Below are positions 19,022 through 28,686 of a stretch of DNA of 48,089 nucleotides, one piece after another (position 1 is the stretch's first letter; every line of letters begins with the position of its first letter). A program made the translations under genes and the position numbers. The DNA lies in assembly GCA_016840085.1 (NCBI GenBank), contig JAEOTA010000074.1, forward strand, positions 1 through 48,089, read 5' to 3'. The notes under the pieces are model-generated. The model ran no database searches. It was given only the letters and a program-made list of their open reading frames with translations, and was not told the origin of the DNA. This DNA comes from Promethearchaeota archaeon (lineage in GTDB: Archaea; Asgardarchaeota; Lokiarchaeia; Sigyniarchaeales; SOKP01).

Positions 19022-20455
19022 TTATTTACATTTTATGGCTTCCATTAAGATTTGATGAGCTCTATCTCTGATTTTCAGAATTTTTTCCGAAGAGATTGAT
19101 TCTTCCATGTGATTCAAAGTTATGCTCAGAGTTCCTCCATGAGTGACCACACCTAAGACTAATTCGGTGTAGGGTGAACAAGAAGGCATTAAAATCAGAT
19201 TTTTCAAGATTAAATCCCCAAATTTTTCTGGAAAGTCCATCTTACCAAGATTAGTCATTATTTGGGCCATTGCGAATCCTTTCAAAAGTCGTTTCTTGAC
19301 CATTTTATTTACTATATTTTTTTTATCCGAAATAAATGCTTGAATTTTTTCATAACTTTTTGAAGTTGGCAATATTAAGTGACCGAAAGCAGCGAAGAGT
19401 TGAGCTTCATAAAAAGTTGAGCTTAGGGCAAAAGCATTTAGTGTCCCTACTAATGCTTGTTTTCTTGCTTTAGCAGGTTCTACTTTATTGTGAATCTTTT
19501 TTGCCGCCCCCCAGAAGGTGTCTTTATCAGAATATTTAAATTTTAGCTGCATTCCTCCCGCAAATAAACCAAATTGTTCCGAGATAGGTTTCTTGAGAAG
19601 ATCCCTTATATTTACAGCAAATGCAAAATTCTGTAAATATTTTGGAGATTCAGGATTTAACTGGTTTTGAGCCATTGCAAAGGCAATAATCAAAGCCGTG
19701 TTCACGGTCACTGCATTTTTACGGCAAGCCATAATCAGCGCCTGTGTATCTTCTTTGGAAAGCTCGTATAAGTGTGCTTTATAAGTGTAATTCTTCCAGT
19801 ATACCTCGTGTAGCGCGTAAAAATCATCATAGTTAATAAGCACTTCACTTTTTTCCCATTTCTTATTAATTGTTTTACCTAAGATTCGCATTACTAAACT
19901 AGGTTTAATATCAGAGGGTATATTATCTTCGTTAACTAATGGAGCGGGGGTTAGCAATTCAACTTCTTTGATCGGATCTCCTAAATATGTTATTATATCT
20001 CTTGCTAAATATGCTAAGGACATGCCATCACAGATGGTGTGCTGACAAAAGATTATTAAATCTGAAATTTCAGCCGAATGTAGTAAGATGAACCTGATTA
20101 AGGGACCATGCTCCATATCAAATGGGATTTTATGTTGTTTTATGATTTCATCCCTCCATTGGTCATCAAAGGTACGTTTGATTACTTTTAATGGAATTTC
20201 TAAGTTACCATCTACTAAAAAATAGAGTTCTTTTCCCTGAGGTTGTAAGTGTGCATTAAGTATAGGATGCCGTTGTTGCACTTTTTTAATTACTTTTTTC
20301 AATTCATCAATAGAAACGTTCCCAAGGATGGTTGCTATCATAGATATGTTTGAATTTGGTACTTTTGAGTGTGTCCTTTCTCTTTGATTTAATTTTCTTT
20401 TAAAATTATAAGTTAAGGCTCCTTTATGATTATTTAATTCTATTTGTTCTAACAT
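19022..20455 (-). CDS. Stand-alone condensation-domain / CoA-dependent acyltransferase (PapA5/alcohol acetyltransferase-like)
   Basis: RHPILNA, PFD...GPL.R, catalytic HTICDGMS (HxxxDG), CR...VTVN, VNIR, TNLG. Confidence 0.85.
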   Translation of the reverse strand: MLEQIELNNHKGALTYNFKRKLNQRERTHSKVPNSNISMIATILGNVSIDELKKVIKKVQQRHPILNAHLQPQGKELYFLVDGNLEIPLKVIKRTFDDQWRDEIIKQHKIPFDMEHGPLIRFILLHSAEISDLIIFCQHTICDGMSLAYLARDIITYLGDPIKEVELLTPAPLVNEDNIPSDIKPSLVMRILGKTINKKWEKSEVLINYDDFYALHEVYWKNYTYKAHLYELSKEDTQALIMACRKNAVTVNTALIIAFAMAQNQLNPESPKYLQNFAFAVNIRDLLKKPISEQFGLFAGGMQLKFKYSDKDTFWGAAKKIHNKVEPAKARKQALVGTLNAFALSSTFYEAQLFAAFGHLILPTSKSYEKIQAFISDKKNIVNKMVKKRLLKGFAMAQIMTNLGKMDFPEKFGDLILKNLILMPSCSPYTELVLGVVTHGGTLSITLNHMEESISSEKILKIRDRAHQILMEAIKCK

Positions 20456-20475
20456 TTTTTGATCACCTATTAAAT

Positions 20476-20579
20476 TTCACTTAATATGAATTTTCATAGA
20501 AAGTGAAAATCCCAATAATTGATAGAGTAATAGCCTATTTAAATGTTTTCATTTTTCATGAAATTTCATAACATTTAAA
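20476..20579. promoter_or_regulatory. Two tandem pairs of TTCA-N7-TGAA sites in divergent promoter 2
   Basis: Perfect sites at 20476-20490, 20493-20507 and 20548-20562; degenerate site at 20565-20579. Spacing is 17 bp within each pair. Confidence 0.7.
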
Positions 20580-20608
20580 TATTTGAAAGATCTTATTATA
20601 TTTAAGTA

Positions 20609-21727
20609 ATGTCTAAAAAATGCGAGGATTTTATATATCCCGAAGAAATAAGGAAATATGAAAAAGAGTTACTTGATTTTATAGTAGAATCTGGTAAAAA
20701 TAAAAGAAGATCTGATATAGAATCCCATATTTTAGGATATTTTTTGGTACATCAAAGTCTTACCCAAAAAGAGATTCAGATATTATCGACAAAATTTCGA
20801 TCAAGGCGTATATCAAGTGGTTCAATTTCTAATTTTTTAAATCAATATACTTCATATGAACCAAGAATAATTCTGAAAGAGAAGGTTCCTAATAATAAAA
20901 ACAAGTTTAGATATTATATCATTTCAGAAAATATTAAAGAAATGTTTGCTGTAGGCAAAGAAGCTGGAGTCAATGTTTTGTATGAAAGTATTAGAAATAT
21001 AAAGGATATATTAAAAATTTTAGAAAAATTAAACCCTAATGAAAAAGATATTAAACTTTATAACATAATCTTGGAAAGAACAAAAGAATTACTAGTTTAT
21101 CTTGAATATCACTTGTCCTTATTTGATAATTTTATGGAAAGTGTGATTGGACAAGAGTATTCCTTAAAAAAAGGTACTAGAATCCAAAGAACAGATTCCA
21201 AATTTATAGCAAAGAATCGAAATTTAAAATCAATTGAACAAAAGCTAATCAATTTAGTTTTAAAAAGTGAGCTTTTTATTATTGAAGAGATAAAATATCA
21301 TCCCGTTATAGCATATTTAATTACTCGTAAAAGTTTAACTCAATTAGAATTAAAAAAGTTAACAGGTTTATCAGCTGGTCTAATATCTGAAGGATTAAAT
21401 TATTTGAAGGAGCAAGGTTACGTCGATATTCAAAAAGTCCAAGGGGAACGTCAGCGAAGATATACCCTGGTGTCAGTTGGTTATTTTAATTTCTTAAAAT
21501 TTTATAAACGCTTCAAAAATATAGCTCATAATAAATTTAAATTAGAGCGTATTTTAGATGAATTAAATAAAAAAGAGGACGAATTAGGAGAAATAAATGG
21601 CTATAATGTAATTAAAAACCGGGTAGAAGAATTCTTAGACCAATTTAATGTAATAGATTTTGGAATTAAGATCTTTCAGAAAGCTTTAGAAGATTTCAAA
21701 AAAGTTAATAATAAAAACAAATGGTGA
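20609..21727 (+). CDS. Fused double winged-helix (GbsR/MarR-like) regulator
   Basis: Two HTH units: ILGYFLVHQSLTQKEI...SSGSIS and AYLITRKSLTQLELKKLTGLSAGLISEGL. Confidence 0.85.
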   Translation: MSKKCEDFIYPEEIRKYEKELLDFIVESGKNKRRSDIESHILGYFLVHQSLTQKEIQILSTKFRSRRISSGSISNFLNQYTSYEPRIILKEKVPNNKNKFRYYIISENIKEMFAVGKEAGVNVLYESIRNIKDILKILEKLNPNEKDIKLYNIILERTKELLVYLEYHLSLFDNFMESVIGQEYSLKKGTRIQRTDSKFIAKNRNLKSIEQKLINLVLKSELFIIEEIKYHPVIAYLITRKSLTQLELKKLTGLSAGLISEGLNYLKEQGYVDIQKVQGERQRRYTLVSVGYFNFLKFYKRFKNIAHNKFKLERILDELNKKEDELGEINGYNVIKNRVEEFLDQFNVIDFGIKIFQKALEDFKKVNNKNKW

Positions 21728-21768
21728 AAATTTATTAGAACTAGATTATTTTATAGCAAAATTTATTG

Positions 21769-21963
21769 TTAAGATTTGCTCCTTCTGTGTCCATAAAAGA
21801 TAGCATATTTGATAATTCCTGTTTGAGGATTAAAAGTCCACTCGGTGTCACAATTATTACAAATTAATTTGATCCCCGATTTAGAAGTAAGCTTTTGTTT
21901 ACATATAGGACATAATTTTTTTTTAAAATTCTCTTTATTATTAAACTGGTTTCCAGAATTAAT
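21769..21963 (-). CDS. 64-aa zinc-ribbon microprotein (probable ATT start), not in ORF track
   Basis: INSGNQFNNKENFKKKLCPICKQKLTSKSGIKLICNNCDTEWTFNPQTGIIKYAIFYGHRRSKS*. CxxC-x13-CxxC. SD-like gagggctga; no ATG/GTG/TTG in frame. Confidence 0.55.
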   Translation of the reverse strand: MNSGNQFNNKENFKKKLCPICKQKLTSKSGIKLICNNCDTEWTFNPQTGIIKYAIFYGHRRSKS

Positions 21964-22038
21964 GAACTTTTCAGCCCTCTTTGATTAGTCCCTTGTTTAT
22001 TTATTTATATTTTTAAGAAAAATTAGAAAAAAAAGAAT

Positions 22039-22860
22039 TTAAATGGGAATATCTTTCTTATTAAATATTAGAAGACTAGCTACAATGAGCACAGCATTAA
22101 CACACCCTAATACTATAAAGTCACGTATAAAAAGACTAAAATCTGAGTGAACAATATAATCAGAAGGATTGAAATAGTAGAACACAGAAATATATTTTAT
22201 GTCTTGCACTGCTTCATCCATATATGGATAAAATTCACCAAGAAAGAACATTAGGAATAAAACCATCACTCCAAATGCCATTGCTTTTTTACCATTAAGG
22301 AAAATCGTTGAAAAAAACTTAGCAAACATCGCCAACGCCCCAAGATAGAGTACAACTATTATATAGGTCAACCAGAGACGACCAAAATAAAAACCCTCAT
22401 CTTGGAATACTGAAGAGGATGCCATACCAGCCATAGTAATAACAAAAAAAATAGCTAATGCAGTTATAATGAATAAATAGAGGAAAGCTATTTTACTTCC
22501 TAGAAAATTAAATCGAGTTATTGGTTTGGAAAGAGAAAGATCTATCGTTTTTTCTTCTATTTCTTGTGTTAATAACGTACTTGCCATATAAACAATATAT
22601 ATTCCAGCATAGAGCCACATAAAAGATAGAAGTTCTAAAGTCCAAAAACCATAAGGATTCGTAAATGATTCTACATCTCCAAAAAATTCGAGCATTCCTT
22701 CTGGCCACATACTGATAATTTCTTCTATTGCTGATAGATCCATACCTTCTATCATATATATAACAAAATAACTTAGTAAACCAATTACTCCCCCTAAAAT
22801 TAGAAGAATTATTTTTTTTTCTACAAGGGATTCTTTCACACAGATAATGAATCGTTTCAT
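22039..22860 (-). CDS. ABC-2 type exporter permease (cassette 3)
   Basis: EIEEKTIDLSLSKPITR, IKYISVFYY, FNKKDIPI; paralog of 15973-16788. Confidence 0.9.
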   Translation of the reverse strand: MKRFIICVKESLVEKKIILLILGGVIGLLSYFVIYMIEGMDLSAIEEIISMWPEGMLEFFGDVESFTNPYGFWTLELLSFMWLYAGIYIVYMASTLLTQEIEEKTIDLSLSKPITRFNFLGSKIAFLYLFIITALAIFFVITMAGMASSSVFQDEGFYFGRLWLTYIIVVLYLGALAMFAKFFSTIFLNGKKAMAFGVMVLFLMFFLGEFYPYMDEAVQDIKYISVFYYFNPSDYIVHSDFSLFIRDFIVLGCVNAVLIVASLLIFNKKDIPI

Positions 22861-23826
22861 TTAGGATTTCACCTCCACTTTCCTTTTAGTGTTATTCATT
22901 GATTTCGTTTGAGTTGAAGATGTCTCATAATATTTTAAAAAGATATCCTCAAGTGCAGGACTTGCAACATCAATATCTATTACGTCAGACTGAGAGAGAA
23001 GATTTAAAATCTTGGGTAATTCTTCACGAGAAATCATAAATGAAACATGTGTCTCATTTAACATAATAGAATCAACCACTTCAGTAGGCATCTTCTTTGA
23101 GAATTCTTGGAGGGCTGCTTTAGTTTTGAATTCAACCTTAATTTCTTTCATAGCCATATTTTTTAACTGTTGAATTGTTGCAACTTCTACGACGGAACCT
23201 TCCTTGATTATACCTACTCGATGGGCAACCTTTTCGACTTCTCCTAATAAATGTGAGCTTAATAGAACTGTAGCTCCAGTTTCTTCCTGTTGCTTTCTAA
23301 GTATATAATAAAATTCAGCAGTTATCAAAGGATCAAGCCCTGACGTTGGTTCATCTAGTATTAGTAATTCAACTTTAGGCGCTAAAGCAAGTATTATCCC
23401 TACTTTCTGTTTATTACCTTTACTTAGCTCTTTTACTTTACGATCTAGATCAAGATCAAATATTTCTGCTAATTCCTCAATTCGTCTCAGAGGGATATGA
23501 TTTTCATAAAGCCCTAAAAGATATTGAAGATTTCGTCTTGCTGTTTTATTTTGGTATAATCCTAATTCGCCAGGGAGATAGGCTGTACGCTGACGAATTT
23601 TAGTAGAGTGGTGGTGGATATCAAGATTAAATATTTTTGCTATGCCAGAAGTTTTATAGATCAAATCAAGAAGTAGTCTACAAGTTGTTGTTTTTCCTGC
23701 CCCATTAGGTCCAAGTAATCCAAAAATCTCTCCTTGATAGATCTCAAGATTAAGATCTTCGATACCTCGCGATTTACCATAGTATTTAGTGAGATTTTGG
23801 GTTTGAATTATAATTTCTTTAGACAA
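22861..23826 (-). CDS. ABC exporter ATP-binding protein (cassette 3)
   Basis: GPNGAGKTT, LSKGNKQK, LILDEPTSGLDP, SSHLLGEVE. Confidence 0.95.
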   Translation of the reverse strand: MSKEIIIQTQNLTKYYGKSRGIEDLNLEIYQGEIFGLLGPNGAGKTTTCRLLLDLIYKTSGIAKIFNLDIHHHSTKIRQRTAYLPGELGLYQNKTARRNLQYLLGLYENHIPLRRIEELAEIFDLDLDRKVKELSKGNKQKVGIILALAPKVELLILDEPTSGLDPLITAEFYYILRKQQEETGATVLLSSHLLGEVEKVAHRVGIIKEGSVVEVATIQQLKNMAMKEIKVEFKTKAALQEFSKKMPTEVVDSIMLNETHVSFMISREELPKILNLLSQSDVIDIDVASPALEDIFLKYYETSSTQTKSMNNTKRKVEVKS

Positions 23827-23938
23827 TTTAATAACACCTAAAAATTTTAATTTTTTATTTAAAAGTTTTAAATTTTTTTACTTTAATTTTACTAAATTAG
23901 TCACACCTAATAAATTATCTTCTATATTTATATTTTTG

Positions 23939-24004
23939 TTCACAAATTTTGAACTATAAAAATATTAGAGTATAAAGTATTTAAATGTTTTCATAAAATT
24001 TGAA
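23939..24004. promoter_or_regulatory. TTCA-N7-TGAA operator sites in divergent promoter 3
   Basis: TTCACAAATTTTGAA (23939-23953) and TTCATAAAATTTGAA (23990-24004). Confidence 0.7.
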
Positions 24005-24100
24005 ACTTAAAAAGATTTATATATTAGAATGTGCTTATAATTATCAAAGAGAGTTTAAAATGAAATAAATACGACAAGATACATATTAATAATATCAACT

Positions 24101-25162
24101 ATGACAGTAGAAGAGGAACAAAGTCATCTTTTTGATGGTAAATTACGTAAATATGAAGATAGGCTTGTAGAAATTCTTTTAGATATCGCGAAAAGCAAAA
24201 GGACCACTCCCAAAATGTCGACAATCGCCTCTTATTTACTTATTCACGGGAATTTAACCCAGAAAGAATTGAAAAAATTGACAGGACTTTCAATGGGTAC
24301 AATATCGACATATTTATCAGTTATGATTGGTACAGGAAACTTTCGGAAACAACGCATTCCTGGAACTCATACATTTATTTATTCTTTTTCAGGCGAACTT
24401 GAAGTTCTTACTACTAGAGCGATAGAGATCGCATTAAGTAGCCTTGGTTCCTTAGAAAGTTTTTTAAAAAATAAAAGGGAAGTATTAAAAAAGTTAATTG
24501 AACAATCTAAGGAAGGAGCTGAACACCTTTCACAAAGAATTGAAGATTTACTTGAAAGCTTTGAAATATATAAAAAAATATTTCCACCTAATGGGACTTC
24601 AGCTGAAGGAATTCAAAAACAATCCTCAATAAAACCTTTTAAACTATTAAAAAGTGAGCAAAAAGAGGTGAAGGAGATACAATTTGATCCTGAAGTTTAT
24701 TTAGTTGAGGATGATATTATAAATCAAATTTTAGCTTCACCTATGTTTTCTACCCGTGATCCAATGTTCATTAAAATATTAGGATATTTCATTACAAGGA
24801 AATATCTCACTCAAGAGACAATAAAAAGGATTACAGGTTTATCATCTGGTAAAATTTCTGAGGAAGTAAATCGATTTTTAGAAGATGATCTTATACATAA
24901 AGCAGAGGTTTCATCTAAGGGTAAAATAACATATTATGCTGATTCGTTAATATTACTCAAATTTTCAAGACATATTATCAATAAAATGGCAAAATGGGAG
25001 AAAGAGTTAGAAAATATGAAATTAGATTTAGAAAATAATATGTCTGAATTAGAAATTTTAGATGGTTATGCTCAGATTTATAAAATCTGTGACTATACCT
25101 TGGATGTTACATTAAAATATCTTGAATATATTAAAAGGATGGATAATTTGGTTGAGTTATGA
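24101..25162 (+). CDS. Fused double winged-helix (GbsR/MarR-like) regulator
   Basis: YLLIHGNLTQKELKKLTGLSMGTIS and ILGYFITRKYLTQETIKRITGLSSGKIS. Confidence 0.85.
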   Translation: MTVEEEQSHLFDGKLRKYEDRLVEILLDIAKSKRTTPKMSTIASYLLIHGNLTQKELKKLTGLSMGTISTYLSVMIGTGNFRKQRIPGTHTFIYSFSGELEVLTTRAIEIALSSLGSLESFLKNKREVLKKLIEQSKEGAEHLSQRIEDLLESFEIYKKIFPPNGTSAEGIQKQSSIKPFKLLKSEQKEVKEIQFDPEVYLVEDDIINQILASPMFSTRDPMFIKILGYFITRKYLTQETIKRITGLSSGKISEEVNRFLEDDLIHKAEVSSKGKITYYADSLILLKFSRHIINKMAKWEKELENMKLDLENNMSELEILDGYAQIYKICDYTLDVTLKYLEYIKRMDNLVEL

Positions 25163-25193
25163 AATAAACTTTGCTAATTCTTCTCTTAAATTT

Positions 25194-26117
25194 TTACATA
25201 CGAGTTAAGTTTTTTCTTGGCAAATTTTTAATTCTTGGATGATTAATATAGTAATCCAGAGTTTTCAGAAACATTTCTCGATCCTCTTTAATGTTAGGAG
25301 TTTCTATATCACAATAATTACTAATATGGTCGTTAAACACTTGGGAAGTTATATTTTCACCCAAATTTGCTATTATATCTCTTTCTTCTATTAGGTTTTC
25401 AACAGGAGATAATAGTTCAAAATCTCCATTTTTCCAATCAGTCCAAAGGTCAGAATGTGGTCCGATATTCAATGTTCGAAACCTAAATATCGTGGGATTA
25501 ATTTCAGTTAGTACTCTTGCTGTTTCTGTTACATGGTCTTTGGAATATTTTTTTCCTCCTAACCCTAAAATTATATATAAACTTAGTTTAATTCCAGCAT
25601 TTAATAGTTTCTTTCCCGCTTTTATCATTGATTCTGCATTTGTCCCCTTTCTCATAATCCTTAATACCTTACTACTCCCACTTTCTAATCCCATATAGAC
25701 AATATCTAGTCCTGCATCCGCTAATTTCTTAAGTTCCTCCTCAGTTTTTCTTAATATGTCTAAAGCTTTGGAATAGCAACTTACTCTTGGAACATTGTGA
25801 ATTTTTAATCGAACGTATTTTATAATTTCTGCAAGATAATCAGTAGGAGCAGAGGTTGGATTTCCTCCTGCTAAAAATACAGGAAAACCATGTCGATTAA
25901 TATTGGCATAGTAGTCAATATCATTTTTGACATCTTCAATCGGTCGAATTCCATAATCTTGAATGACACCATATGCACCTTTATAGGTATTACAGAATTT
26001 ACACTTATTCCAAGAACACCCTCCAGTAACAGCAATCAAGGTTGATAAGGAACTTCCCTCAACAGGGGGTCTTATAATTATTTCTTCGATTGGTACCTTT
26101 GTAAACATAAGATTCAA
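25194..26117 (-). CDS. Radical SAM protein
   Basis: RPP.E..S, GCSWNKCKFC cluster motif, YMGLESGS, ILGLGG, DHISNY. Confidence 0.9.
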   Translation of the reverse strand: MNLMFTKVPIEEIIIRPPVEGSSLSTLIAVTGGCSWNKCKFCNTYKGAYGVIQDYGIRPIEDVKNDIDYYANINRHGFPVFLAGGNPTSAPTDYLAEIIKYVRLKIHNVPRVSCYSKALDILRKTEEELKKLADAGLDIVYMGLESGSSKVLRIMRKGTNAESMIKAGKKLLNAGIKLSLYIILGLGGKKYSKDHVTETARVLTEINPTIFRFRTLNIGPHSDLWTDWKNGDFELLSPVENLIEERDIIANLGENITSQVFNDHISNYCDIETPNIKEDREMFLKTLDYYINHPRIKNLPRKNLTRM

Positions 26118-26240
26118 TATACAATTTTCTTAATAGTACTATTTTAATATCTTTACTACAATTAATTAAAACAAAATAGATTTTTAGATATTATTATTAT
26201 AATTTGCAATAATTTGATTCTAAAATAAAAGGGATACACA

Positions 26241-27851
26241 ATGAAAACACCTTTTAATTGGGATTTTTTTTACACCTCCAAAAGGATACCCGTTTTAGCA
26301 CATAACATAGTTGCAACGTCTCAACCCTTAGCTTCTCAAGCTGGACTTCAAATGATTAAAAATGGAGGTAATGCTATTGATGCGGCTATTGCTGCAGCAA
26401 TAACTTTAACTGTTGTTGAACCGACCATGAATGGTATTGGAAGTGATGCTTTTGCAATATTATGGGATGGTAAAAAAATAATAGGATTAAATGCATCAGG
26501 TAGATCACCAGCAGTATGGACACCAGAACTTTTTTCTCATTATGAAATGATGCCATTGTTAGGTTGGGAATCTGTGACTGTCCCTGGAGCAGTATCAGCT
26601 TGGGTTGAACTTTCAAAAAGGTATGGTCAGCTTTCTTTTAAAGAATTATTTGATCCCGCTATTAAATATGCTGAAAAGGGATTTTTAGTTTCACCCATAA
26701 CAGCGGAAGTTTGGCAGCATTCAATAAATTCATATGAAAGATTTATTCCTAATTTCAAAGAGAATTATTATAAATTTTATAATGCTTTTACGCGTAACGG
26801 AGAAGCCCCAAAGCCAGGAACTCTTTTTAAATTTCCTGTTCAAGCACAAACTTTAAAATTAATAGCAGAAACAGAAGGAGAAGCATTTTACAGTGGGAGA
26901 TTAGCTAAAAAAATTGTAGGATTCGCTGAAAAAACAGGAGGATATTTAACGCTAAAAGATTTGGAAAACCATAAAGCCACTTGGGAACATTCACTTAATA
27001 TTGGTTATGAGGGAATAACTTTGCATGAAATTCCTCCAAATGGTCAGGGTTTAGCAGCATTAATTATGCTCGGAATTCTAAAAAATTTTGATTTAAATTC
27101 ATATGAACCAGATTCTCCTGAATCCTTACATCTTCAGATTGAGGCTATGAAATTAGCATTTGCTGATGTTTATCGTTATGTTTCTGATCCAATATCTTTA
27201 GAATTTGATCCAATGAATTTCTTGGATTCTGAATATTTAAAGAAAAGAGCATATATGATTGATTTGAATAAGGCTAAACAATATAAAGCGGGAATTCCAA
27301 AAAATGGAGATACAGTATATTTAACGACAGCAGATTCTGAGGGTAAGATGGTGTCTTATAATCAATCGAATTATGCGGGTTTTGGGTCATGTATTATAGT
27401 TCCTAATACAGGAATTAGTCTTCAAAACCGTGGTAATGGTTTTTCATTAGAAGAAGGACATCCCAATCAAGTAGGTCCTAGTAAACGTCCATTTCATACA
27501 ATTATTCCTGGATTTGTTACAAAAAAAGGAAAACCTTTAATGAGTTTCGGAGTCATGGGAGGGGCAATGCAACCACAGGGCCATACCCAATTGATGATTC
27601 GAATATTTCAGTATGGGCAAAATCCTCAAGCAGCGCTTGATGCTCCACGATGGCGATTTTCCCGAGAAAAAAAAGTTTTTCTCGAATCTGGATATAACCA
27701 TGAAGTTTTTAAGGGATTATCCCAATTAGGGCATAGGATTTCTAAGCGTGATTTTACAAGATTTGGTGGGGGGCAGATAATCTTTAAACTTGAAGATGGG
27801 TATTTAGGTGCTTCAGATTGGCGTAAAGATGGGCAAGCAGTAGGTTTTTAA
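26241..27851 (+). CDS. Gamma-glutamyltransferase family protein (YwrD-like)
   Basis: GGNAIDAAIA, VVEP..NGIGSD, VPGAVSAW, DTVYL (Thr nucleophile), QNRG, KRPFHTIIP, GVMGG.MQPQGH, SD.RKDG. Confidence 0.93.
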   Translation: MKTPFNWDFFYTSKRIPVLAHNIVATSQPLASQAGLQMIKNGGNAIDAAIAAAITLTVVEPTMNGIGSDAFAILWDGKKIIGLNASGRSPAVWTPELFSHYEMMPLLGWESVTVPGAVSAWVELSKRYGQLSFKELFDPAIKYAEKGFLVSPITAEVWQHSINSYERFIPNFKENYYKFYNAFTRNGEAPKPGTLFKFPVQAQTLKLIAETEGEAFYSGRLAKKIVGFAEKTGGYLTLKDLENHKATWEHSLNIGYEGITLHEIPPNGQGLAALIMLGILKNFDLNSYEPDSPESLHLQIEAMKLAFADVYRYVSDPISLEFDPMNFLDSEYLKKRAYMIDLNKAKQYKAGIPKNGDTVYLTTADSEGKMVSYNQSNYAGFGSCIIVPNTGISLQNRGNGFSLEEGHPNQVGPSKRPFHTIIPGFVTKKGKPLMSFGVMGGAMQPQGHTQLMIRIFQYGQNPQAALDAPRWRFSREKKVFLESGYNHEVFKGLSQLGHRISKRDFTRFGGGQIIFKLEDGYLGASDWRKDGQAVGF

Positions 27852-28078
27852 AATAAGTAAATAATAAGTCCGAAATATTTAACAATGTCAAAAAATTTTA
27901 TTCTTTTTCCTTTTTCTCTTTTGTAGAAACTGTAAGTATTACAAGTTCAATAAGATTACGAGCAAATTATTTAAGTTTACAATAATTTTCTGTAATAAAT
28001 TTATAGAATAAATTCACATTATACAACTTATATAAGAATCGATTGTAAGATTTTACAAATTCAAAGGTATCAAAATCA

Positions 28079-28675
28079 ATGAGTTATGATCAAAAAAATA
28101 TCTTGTATAGTGCTAAAATAGTCATATGCGGAGCAAGCGCTGTTGGTAAGACATGTTTATTCAATCGTTATTGTTTCAACTCATTTAATTTTGATACTTC
28201 TCCAACAATCGGTATAAATTTTCATTCTGTCTATCTGAAAATTAATATTGAACACAAGCCTAATGATTTAAAAGAAAACTATATTGTAAATTCTATCTTT
28301 GATTTTGGTGGACAAGAGAGATTTATACCACTGATTCCTAAATTTATAGAAGGTGCAAACGGAGCATTATTAGTGTTTGATTCAGGAAATTCATCTTCTT
28401 TTAATCAATTAGACTTTTGGTATGAACAGTTAAAAAAGAATGCTGTGAGTCCAAATATTCCAATTATATTAGTAGGAAGTAAAAGTGATTTATTAGAAAT
28501 AACACCTAAATCTGAAATAATTGACGATAGTATAATAAATAAATATGTAGAAGAAAAGCAATTAAATGGTTTTTTCAGGACTTCTTCTTTAGAAAATTAC
28601 AATGTTTTAGAAGTGTTTAAAGAACTTAATAATTTAATCTTAAAAAGACATAGTTTACCTTATGTTGTAGTCTAA
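28079..28675 (+). CDS. Rab-like small GTPase
   Basis: G1 GASAVGKT, G2 PTIG, G3 DFGGQERF, G4 variant SKSD, G5 TSSL. No C-terminal Cys motif. Confidence 0.9.
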   Translation: MSYDQKNILYSAKIVICGASAVGKTCLFNRYCFNSFNFDTSPTIGINFHSVYLKINIEHKPNDLKENYIVNSIFDFGGQERFIPLIPKFIEGANGALLVFDSGNSSSFNQLDFWYEQLKKNAVSPNIPIILVGSKSDLLEITPKSEIIDDSIINKYVEEKQLNGFFRTSSLENYNVLEVFKELNNLILKRHSLPYVVV

Positions 28676-28686
28676 TAATTAAAAAA

